From positions 20,687 through 84,686 of the forward strand of contig CAZUBH010000003.1 in assembly GCA_964618505.1 (NCBI GenBank): a DNA stretch of 64,000 nt, read 5' to 3'. The position numbers were made by a program, and so were the translations under genes. Shown here one piece after another: positions 30,076 to 37,615 of this stretch. This stretch comes from an uncultured Thermoplasmatales archaeon. Lineage in GTDB: Archaea > Thermoplasmatota > E2 > DHVEG-1. The stretch's first letter is position 1. Every line of letters starts with the position of its first letter. The notes under the pieces are model-generated. The model worked only from the letters and a program-made list of their open reading frames with translations. It was not told where the DNA came from and did not search any database.

Positions 30076-31733
30076 TGGAACATATAACTATATTCATTTT
30101 GTTAACACCCTTAATCGCTGCGATTATTGTCGCAATCATGAATATATTGTCAAAAAAAGTTGTCATACAACAGATAATAACTGGTTTTAGTTTGATTGTA
30201 CCTTTTTATTTTTTATACGTCGTTTTTAAAACAGTTTCAAATGAAACTTTGTCATATGACATAGGAGGTTGGATTAAACCCTATGGCATCACTATGGTTA
30301 TCGATGAATTATCGTTCATTCTACTTTTTGTTACTGCAATACTTGGATTTTTGACATTTATCTATTCGCTAAAATATATTAAGAAAGAAAAGGGAAAATT
30401 TTATTTTTTCTTCTTGCTTTTAATGACAGGTTTGAATGGCATATTTTTATCAGGGGATATTTTTAATCTCTACATATTTTTTGATTTAACTATCATCTGT
30501 AGTTTTATCCTTATTACCTTTGGTGGAGATCGTTCATCATACAAAGGTTCAATCAAATATCTCATACTTGGAACGCTGGCCTCATTGTTTTTTTTACTAG
30601 CCATTGGTTTTATTTACGCTGAAACAGGTCTTTTAAACCTAGAATACCTTCAAAATAGTATTCCATTAATTAATATCCAGACACAAATCATAATTTTTAC
30701 TTTACTATTAGCTGCAATTGGCATAAAATCTGCGGTTATACCATTTCATACATGGCTTGTTGATGCACATTCAACAGCACCAATCCCAATCTCTGCATTG
30801 CTTTCAGGGATTATCGTTAAGGCGGGCGTGTATCTTTTCCTGAGGATCAGTTCATTTGGTTTTAATCTTTTAAATATAAAAGAAATTATCCTTGTTTTAG
30901 GAGCAGTAACCGCAGTAGGCGGGGTTTTCTATGCACTCATTCAATGGGATATAAAAAAAATTACTGCAAGTCATACGATTTCTCAAATAGGTATTGTTTT
31001 TATAGGTATTGGAGCGTTCTCAACTCTTGGTATAGCTGGGGGGTTACTACATCTAGTAAATCATGCCTTTTTCAAAGCATTGCTTTTTCTTTGTGCGGGA
31101 GCTATTATATACAAAACAGGCACTAAAGATATTCGGGAGCATAATATTGGCAGAAGTATGCCAATAACTCTTATCCTATACATTGTAGGAATACTAGCGA
31201 TTTCAGGTATAACTCCGTTTAATGGATCTGTTAGCAAACTAATTATTGAACAAGCAGTGAACAGCTATCCAATAATTTATTTCATGCTCATTATTACCGG
31301 GGTTGGGACAGTAGCAAGTTTTTTAAAAATAATATATTACTCATTTCTGAAAAACTCTGAAAAGGCGTCTAAAAATAAGAATTATGATGAAGCTCCGCTC
31401 TTCTTTCTTATACCAATGATTGCACTTGCCTTTTTATGTGTTTATATTGGCGTCATGCCGCATTTATGGTTAGATTCATTTATACTTCCTGCATCATATG
31501 CTCTTTCAAGCTTTACTGCGATTAATTTTTCTTTTTTTCAACCGATATATATTCTCAAAGAATGGATAATTGTTGCCGGCGGCGTTCTTGTTTTATTTCT
31601 TATTTTACGTGTTCCATCAAAAATTGATCTACTCAGAAACAAACTTTCAAAAATAGCTGTGAATCATTCTATCATATTTATGATTATAACGTTAATCATT
31701 ATTTTGTTAATGTTAGGTGCATTGAACAATTGA
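30072..31733 (+). CDS. mrpD: Mrp antiporter subunit D (NuoN/NuoL-like proton-pumping subunit)
   Basis: 553 aa; AAIGIKSAVIPFHTWLVDAHSTAPIPISALLSGIIVKAGVY is the conserved antiporter-subunit core. Confidence 0.8.
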   Translation: MMEHITIFILLTPLIAAIIVAIMNILSKKVVIQQIITGFSLIVPFYFLYVVFKTVSNETLSYDIGGWIKPYGITMVIDELSFILLFVTAILGFLTFIYSLKYIKKEKGKFYFFFLLLMTGLNGIFLSGDIFNLYIFFDLTIICSFILITFGGDRSSYKGSIKYLILGTLASLFFLLAIGFIYAETGLLNLEYLQNSIPLINIQTQIIIFTLLLAAIGIKSAVIPFHTWLVDAHSTAPIPISALLSGIIVKAGVYLFLRISSFGFNLLNIKEIILVLGAVTAVGGVFYALIQWDIKKITASHTISQIGIVFIGIGAFSTLGIAGGLLHLVNHAFFKALLFLCAGAIIYKTGTKDIREHNIGRSMPITLILYIVGILAISGITPFNGSVSKLIIEQAVNSYPIIYFMLIITGVGTVASFLKIIYYSFLKNSEKASKNKNYDEAPLFFLIPMIALAFLCVYIGVMPHLWLDSFILPASYALSSFTAINFSFFQPIYILKEWIIVAGGVLVLFLILRVPSKIDLLRNKLSKIAVNHSIIFMIITLIIILLMLGALNN

Positions 31734-31937
31734 TAGAACTAAAAAAAATTATTTTGATTATCATCCTAAAAAATGGACACATAAGAAATGAAATACTAAA
31801 AGATAAAAGTCTAAGTGAGAAGGCAGGTATAACAATCGAAGGCGATAATAAATGGCTTTCACTTATGAAAACTGCGATAAAACATAAGAACGCTAAAACA
31901 GAAGGGGTTTAGGATGCACCCCACTAAATTTTACACA

Positions 31938-32411
31938 CTAAATTTGCCATACCGATATTTTACAGTACCTTAACAGTACATCCGAACGCAAAAATCTACC
32001 AAAGAAATCATCAATCTTTGATTTTTTCTCCTTAGAAGAAGAACCATAACCACGTTTTGATTTGGGGTTTATCCTACGACTACGAGGTTTATTTTTACCA
32101 AAGAACTGTTTTTTCTCACTTTTTGATATGTCTGTATTAAAAACTTGACATGCCTTTGAGAGTTCATGGTAATTAAGAATCCTTGATGGATCATGTTGCA
32201 TCATCTCTTTTAATGCAAGCTTGTTTTTATCTTCAAGAAAATAAATAGATCTATTCTTGTATTGAGCTCGTTTTATAGAAGGAAATGTCTTCTGAAGAAA
32301 ACGAAGACGATTACCATTCTTACCCGTATAAACATATCCATCTTGGATAAGTTGTTTAAGAAGTTCAAGATTTTTACCATGAATATATGGTTTAGAAATT
32401 TTTCTTGACAT
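31938..32411 (-). CDS. Hypothetical basic protein (Lys/Arg-rich C-terminal half)
   Basis: 157 aa; no recognisable motif; its promoter and first 10 codons are duplicated at 37516-37560. Confidence 0.45.
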   Translation of the reverse strand: MSRKISKPYIHGKNLELLKQLIQDGYVYTGKNGNRLRFLQKTFPSIKRAQYKNRSIYFLEDKNKLALKEMMQHDPSRILNYHELSKACQVFNTDISKSEKKQFFGKNKPRSRRINPKSKRGYGSSSKEKKSKIDDFFGRFLRSDVLLRYCKISVWQI

Positions 32412-32428
32412 TATTTGATAGGTAAAAA
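32384..32428. repeat. Direct repeat copy A (~45 bp; partner at 37516-37560, 3 mismatches)
   Basis: tatatggtttagaaatttttcttgacattatttgataggtaaaaa versus tatatggttttgaaatttttcttgccattatttgaaaggtaaaaa; same orientation, 5.13 kb apart. Confidence 0.6.
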
Positions 32429-32463
32429 TATGATATAAAAAATCTGTGGTCAGGATTGTATTT

Positions 32464-32967
32464 TTATAAGAGTATAAACATTAAACCCATTATTATAAAT
32501 AAAATTCCACCTATTTTATTAATTAATTTCTTATTAATTCTTTTTGAAATAATTTTTCCAAAAAATATTGCAATTAATGAAAGTAATGTTAATGCAGTCA
32601 TTGCTCCAACAAAAACGAATATTCCATTATATTGAGTGGCAAAAATTGCAGAAGCAATCTGTGTTTTATCACCCCATTCAGTAAGCATTATTAAGAGAAA
32701 CGAGGCTATAAAGGGATTTCTTTGTTTCGTCTCTTTCTCTTCTTCACCATCTTTACTAATTAACATTAATATACCAACTATTAGGAAAACTATTGCTGAA
32801 ATTATTTTTAAAAAATTAAGTGGTATTATTGTTGTTATCCAAGTTCCAGCAAGAATTGCTACTCCATCTACTATTGCAAATGCAAGTATTGCCCCAATCA
32901 AAAGTTGTAAATGTTTTTTTGTTTTTGAAGACAAAAGTAATAATGAAATTTGTGTTTTATCTCCCAA
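32464..32967 (-). CDS. UPF0016 (GDT1/TMEM165) family putative cation:proton antiporter
   Basis: Two E-x-G-D-K-T motifs: MGDKTQIS and EWGDKTQIA; 167 aa, 6 TM. Confidence 0.75.
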   Translation of the reverse strand: MGDKTQISLLLLSSKTKKHLQLLIGAILAFAIVDGVAILAGTWITTIIPLNFLKIISAIVFLIVGILMLISKDGEEEKETKQRNPFIASFLLIMLTEWGDKTQIASAIFATQYNGIFVFVGAMTALTLLSLIAIFFGKIISKRINKKLINKIGGILFIIMGLMFILL

Positions 32968-33142
32968 TTCTGCAGCTGCAATAGTAATTAATGGAATTAT
33001 TAAATCTTCAATGATTTTATATCACCACTCAATATCTTTTATAAATATTAATGAGTCAGTAAAAAAACTATTGTTTTTATTAAAAATATGAGATTTGAAC
33101 TCATTTTTTCTGGTAAAATAATAAGTTATTCACTTGTAAAGA

Positions 33143-34498
33143 CTACCAGAGATTAATGCCCCAAAACCTGATAGCCATTATTATTCCAATAGCAATAATT
33201 ATTATTCCAAATATCCTCTGCATCCATTTACCAGCTGTTACATATTTATTCCCAAGTTTACCACGAGCACCACTTGTAATGGCACATAATGGTATTATTG
33301 GTATTCCATGGCCAAGACCAAATACAAACAGTAGTAGTCCACCCATAATAATTGATACTTTTTGAGATAAGGTTAGAATAAATACTGGCATCATCAAACT
33401 CATTGCGCAAGGCGCCCATCCTATCGAGAATAGTATTCCTAAGAAGAATGCTCCAAGATATATTGATTTTTTACTTAGTTTTAAAAAAATATTTTTTCCT
33501 TTCTCCGTTACTTGTAAATTATTATTACTTTTATGTTTAATTTTTATCATTTCTTTTATTGGTTTAAAAACGTTAATGCCAAGTATTATGAGAATTATTC
33601 CTGAAATTAGGTAAAACATGGTTGATATTTCTAAAAATATTCCTATCGAGGTTAGTATTAATCCAAATATGAAAAATACAAATGCCATTCCAAGTGTAAA
33701 TACAACTCCTATCCATAAACCTTGAATTGAGTATTTTTTCATATTTTCTTTTTCATCTTTTTTCTGCAGAGAACCAACATATGAAATCATAGCAATAAGA
33801 AGTGCAACTGAACAAGGAGATAATGCAGTTAAAATTCCAAGGGCAAAAATTCCGATAAACGTTATACCTTCGTTGTATTCTCCACCTTTAAACTCAGTCC
33901 ATTCACCTGTTTTTATCTGTTGAATATCTTGGTTTAATGATTCAGCTGTTTGAATGCCATCGATTTTTCCTTTACCAAGAGTATAAATGTTATAAACGCC
34001 GACAATGCTCTGATTAGTATCAATTAAAATAATTGTTGGATTTGAAAAAGCACCGTTATAAGTCCAATACTCTTGATACAGGCTGACATATTGAAATGGT
34101 TCATAATCTTCAACCCAATTCCAGCTTATATTTATCCCATAAGTATTTTCTGCGATACTTTTACCTGTGGTTGAATAAGGATTTTTACGTATATTTAAAG
34201 TAATGATTTTAACATCTTCATTTGTCTTTGAAAGTTTTTCTAATTCCTGAAGTTGGTCTATCATTTCCTCCTCGCATTCGATGCAAAGAGGAGTTTCTAA
34301 GCCCGTGATATGAATAAGAGTAACAGCACCCTTGTAATCACTTAATGAAAACTCTACACTGTTTTCATCAACTGCTGTAAAGTCAGGTGCAGGTTTAATA
34401 TCAAGTTGACCTGTATTAAATAATGATGGGAAAAAAGCAAGAACTAATAAAAAAACAATGAAAACACCGATGACAGCAGCTAATATTTTTTTCATCAT
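33143..34498 (-). CDS. Thioredoxin-like (TlpA/ResA-type) domain fused to CcdA/DsbD-type transmembrane thiol-disulfide transporter
   Basis: N-terminal anchor, CxxC as PLCIECEEE, then TM domain with the two CcdA cysteines (LSPCSVALL and GWAPCAMSL). Confidence 0.7.
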   Translation of the reverse strand: MMKKILAAVIGVFIVFLLVLAFFPSLFNTGQLDIKPAPDFTAVDENSVEFSLSDYKGAVTLIHITGLETPLCIECEEEMIDQLQELEKLSKTNEDVKIITLNIRKNPYSTTGKSIAENTYGINISWNWVEDYEPFQYVSLYQEYWTYNGAFSNPTIILIDTNQSIVGVYNIYTLGKGKIDGIQTAESLNQDIQQIKTGEWTEFKGGEYNEGITFIGIFALGILTALSPCSVALLIAMISYVGSLQKKDEKENMKKYSIQGLWIGVVFTLGMAFVFFIFGLILTSIGIFLEISTMFYLISGIILIILGINVFKPIKEMIKIKHKSNNNLQVTEKGKNIFLKLSKKSIYLGAFFLGILFSIGWAPCAMSLMMPVFILTLSQKVSIIMGGLLLFVFGLGHGIPIIPLCAITSGARGKLGNKYVTAGKWMQRIFGIIIIAIGIIMAIRFWGINLW

Positions 34499-34506
34499 TT
34501 ATCACT

Positions 34507-35130
34507 TCAAGTATTTATGTTATGATAATAAATCGCATCTTTAATCCAAGTTTCCATCACAGAATCCTCAACATCAAGCTCCCAACTATGCCAACCAATC
34601 TTAATTTCACCATCATCTTCTACATATGTAAAAACACCTGTGAGAGCAATATAACCTGGCTCTCCATTAGGATCATAATAATAAGCCTCACTTGACATTT
34701 GTTGAATATTCTGTGGAGCATTATATACAGCATCTATATCATGAAACTTTACATAATCACTATATTTCTCTGCAAGAGAAATAACAAGGTCTCCTTGTTC
34801 TTTACAACCAAGACACCCTGTTCTATGAACTACAAATAAAACAGGATTATCATCTATATACTCTGTAACCCAAGAATAATGTTGAATAGTTTGTCCATAA
34901 TAATCACTACCTTCTGGAAATTCTATCCAAAAATCATCCTCGTCTGTTCCAAGGCTATGAACAGGCGTATAGTTTTCTAACCAATTTGAATCATTTGAAC
35001 CATTATCAGAATTATTTTCTGTATTGTTATCTGAATTATTGCTGGTGCAACCACTTAGAAACAATATAAGAAAAACGCTGAATAAAATCAATATCGATAT
35101 TTTACTTTTCATAATTATTCTCCGTTTCAT
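34507..35130 (-). CDS. Lipoprotein with CxxC (thioredoxin-like?)
   Basis: Lipobox LSGCTSN; HRTGCLGCKEQ CxxC. Confidence 0.4.
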   Translation of the reverse strand: MKRRIIMKSKISILILFSVFLILFLSGCTSNNSDNNTENNSDNGSNDSNWLENYTPVHSLGTDEDDFWIEFPEGSDYYGQTIQHYSWVTEYIDDNPVLFVVHRTGCLGCKEQGDLVISLAEKYSDYVKFHDIDAVYNAPQNIQQMSSEAYYYDPNGEPGYIALTGVFTYVEDDGEIKIGWHSWELDVEDSVMETWIKDAIYYHNINT

Positions 35131-35518
35131 CCAAATTTAAGGTTTTATAAACAGCCTTTCGTATTAATTCCTCAGGGATTTCTTCATATGTCTTGTCATT
35201 ATATTGTATTGTTCTACAGTAAGTTTCATTTCCAGTTAAACAGGTGCAAGATGAGCAATAATTCTCTGAAACTTTTGCTCCAGAAAGAATGCTTTCAATA
35301 GTCTTGCCATTAATGAGTATAATATTTGACTGCTGGATTTCTTTCTCTGATAATTTTGTCTCAATGAACTTTATTTGAATCCCTTTTGTTTTCAGTTCTT
35401 TCTTTAAATCCGAGATTACTTGATTTAGAGATTTTCCTGTTTTTGAACATCTTAAGCAGGTGCCTTTATCTAAATCAAGATGTCTCCATTCAATATTTAG
35501 CATCTTCATATATACCAC
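35102..35518 (-). CDS. Cys-rich small protein (DUF2703-like?)
   Basis: GTCLRCSKTG and YCSSCTCLTGNETYC cysteine clusters; 138 aa. Confidence 0.35.
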   Translation of the reverse strand: MVYMKMLNIEWRHLDLDKGTCLRCSKTGKSLNQVISDLKKELKTKGIQIKFIETKLSEKEIQQSNIILINGKTIESILSGAKVSENYCSSCTCLTGNETYCRTIQYNDKTYEEIPEELIRKAVYKTLNLDETENNYEK

Positions 35519-35838
35519 TATTCAGGACAACATTTAACATTACTTTTCATCAACTCTTTATAATCAGAGAGAACATTATGCACCCAACAATCATCATTAC
35601 CTGCACTTTCACGAAATACAAGTGCCATAATATATGCAAGCTCTTTGAGTGTCGCACCTGCTTCAAGAGCACCTTTGAAATGTTTACGAACACAAGGAGC
35701 ACTGCGGCCTTTTATCGCAATTGCAAAGCAAATAAACTGATAAGTTTTTTCATCAATCAAAAGTTTCTGTTTATACAATTCATCAATTTTATCAAGTTCT
35801 TTTGCAAATTCTGGAAACCATTCCTCAAGTATTCTCAT
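35518..35838 (-). CDS. Carboxymuconolactone decarboxylase / AhpD-like family protein
   Basis: 106 aa; APCVRKH (CxxxH) core motif of the AhpD-like fold. Confidence 0.6.
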   Translation of the reverse strand: MRILEEWFPEFAKELDKIDELYKQKLLIDEKTYQFICFAIAIKGRSAPCVRKHFKGALEAGATLKELAYIMALVFRESAGNDDCWVHNVLSDYKELMKSNVKCCPE

Positions 35839-35853
35839 AAATTTATCATCTCC

Positions 35854-36084
35854 TTATTTCAACAATTTTTTAATCTCATCAGGACTTGGGACATGACCAA
35901 CGATTTTTACCTCACCGTCTACAACTACTGCGGGTGTCATTATTACACCACGATTAACAATCTCCTGAAGATCCTCAATTTTTACAACTTCAACGTCTTT
36001 ACCAAGTTTGTCAACAACCTGCTTAACAATTTTCTCAGTTGCCTTGCATTTCGGACAACCTGTGCCTAAAATCTCAATTTTCAT
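35854..36084 (-). CDS. Small thioredoxin-family protein (redox-active disulfide protein 2 type)
   Basis: 76 aa; GTGCPKCKAT CxxC at the N-terminus of a Trx fold. Confidence 0.75.
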   Translation of the reverse strand: MKIEILGTGCPKCKATEKIVKQVVDKLGKDVEVVKIEDLQEIVNRGVIMTPAVVVDGEVKIVGHVPSPDEIKKLLK

Positions 36085-36090
36085 TTTTTA

Positions 36091-37206
36091 CTAACCTCCT
36101 ATCATACCATAAATAAAACCAACAATTGTAGCAACAATTATCACCAAAGCAAAATATACAAATGCTTTTTTCTTACCCATAACCTTTGTAATAACAATCA
36201 TATTGGGAAGGCTCAACGAAGGCCCTGCAAGCAACAATGCAAGAGCAGGACCACCACCCATCAAACCAACATTATAGCCAAATAAATCACCAACTATAGC
36301 AACCTCTAAAAGAGTTGGCATATACAAGATAGCACCAATAACTGATGCAAAGAAACATGAAAAAATATCATTACCACCAATATAAGGAGCAACAGCAACT
36401 CCAACAGCATTAGCAGGATCTGCACCAGGTATAAAATATGCAGCAACACCACCAATAATACCAACGATAAAAACACCAATAAGCAGGATAGGAAATATTT
36501 TTTTTGTAAGATTCCAAGTTTCTCTACCCCACTCTTTAACCTCACTACGAGTATAATAAAAAATAAGAAGACCCGAAACCAACAGTGTTAACATATAAAC
36601 AATAGCAAGCTTTGGAACCCAAGGAATATAATTACTACTCGCAGCCCCAATAACAAGAATAAGAACAAGAGAAACAAAAAACAAAAGCGAAATCCAAAGA
36701 GGACGCTTACCGTCTTCTTCGCCGGTTTGACCAGCAAACATAGTATTATTTTCATTCTTTTTCTCTGTTTCTTCTTTTCTAAAGATAAACGCCATTAACA
36801 ATCCAATAACGACAGCCATAAGAACAGCAGAAATTGCTCTTGCAAGACCAATATCATAACCCAGAACCTGAGCGGTAAGAACAATTGCAAGAACATTAAT
36901 TGCAGGGCCTGAGAAAAGAAAAGCAGATGCTGGACCAATACCTGCACCACGTTTATAAATACCAGTAAACAGTGGAAGAACCGTGCAGCTACATACCGCA
37001 AGAATAGCACCAGAAACAGAAGCAACAGAATAAGAAATATATTTCTTTGTATGAGCGCCGAAATATTTCAAAATACCTTGTTTAGAAACAAAAACAGCAA
37101 TAGCACCTGCTATAAAAAAAGCAGGAACAAGACAAGTAAGAACATGTGCAGAGAGATAATCCATCAATGCTTCAATACCTGCTATAAAAATATCAATAGG
37201 TGTCAT
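36091..37206 (-). CDS. DUF318-type permease (commonly ArsR- and thioredoxin-linked)
   Basis: 371 aa polytopic; conserved gene neighbourhood ArsR-permease-small Trx. Confidence 0.65.
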   Translation of the reverse strand: MTPIDIFIAGIEALMDYLSAHVLTCLVPAFFIAGAIAVFVSKQGILKYFGAHTKKYISYSVASVSGAILAVCSCTVLPLFTGIYKRGAGIGPASAFLFSGPAINVLAIVLTAQVLGYDIGLARAISAVLMAVVIGLLMAFIFRKEETEKKNENNTMFAGQTGEEDGKRPLWISLLFFVSLVLILVIGAASSNYIPWVPKLAIVYMLTLLVSGLLIFYYTRSEVKEWGRETWNLTKKIFPILLIGVFIVGIIGGVAAYFIPGADPANAVGVAVAPYIGGNDIFSCFFASVIGAILYMPTLLEVAIVGDLFGYNVGLMGGGPALALLLAGPSLSLPNMIVITKVMGKKKAFVYFALVIIVATIVGFIYGMIGG

Positions 37207-37210
37207 AACT

Positions 37211-37468
37211 TCACTTCATTTTTTTAACTTGTTTAATTATCTTGAAAATATCATTATTAGATGCTTTTATCATGATTTTAGTTCCATCTTTGCGTTCATC
37301 AATAATCCCTGCATGTTTCATAACTTTCAGATGTTGAGAAACACAGGGTTGAGATTTTTTTGTATAGGGAATGATTTCACAAATGCATCTTTCGCCTTTT
37401 TCAATGCATTCTAAAATTTTTAGTCGAGTTGGATCGGCAAGTGCTTTGAAAACATTAACTTCATCCAT
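37211..37468 (-). CDS. ArsR/SmtB-family metalloregulator
   Basis: 85 aa; LADPTRLKILECIEKGERCICEI...VSQHLKVMKHAGII. Confidence 0.85.
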   Translation of the reverse strand: MDEVNVFKALADPTRLKILECIEKGERCICEIIPYTKKSQPCVSQHLKVMKHAGIIDERKDGTKIMIKASNNDIFKIIKQVKKMK

Positions 37469-37515
37469 ATTTAAATATAAGTAAATTCGAATATTTAAAT
37501 ATTATCATATTTACG

Positions 37516-37560
37516 TATATGGTTTTGAAATTTTTCTTGCCATTATTTGAAAGGTAAAAA
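37516..37560. repeat. Direct repeat copy B (~45 bp; partner at 32384-32428); carries a truncated copy (ATG + 10 codons, MARKISKPYT*) of the start of gene 31938..32411
   Basis: See copy A; on the minus strand it encodes MARKISKPYT* versus MSRKISKPYIHGK... at the intact gene. Confidence 0.6.
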
Positions 37561-37615
37561 AGTAGTATAAATAATTGATTAAGATTTTATATTGAAATCT
37601 ATTTAAGGTTTTACA

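Noticed and set aside
35386-36069. 227-aa plus-strand ORF spanning three minus-strand redox genes
   Set aside because: Antisense to three well-motifed CDSs; Phe/Asn/Lys-rich translation typical of the AT-rich reverse frame.
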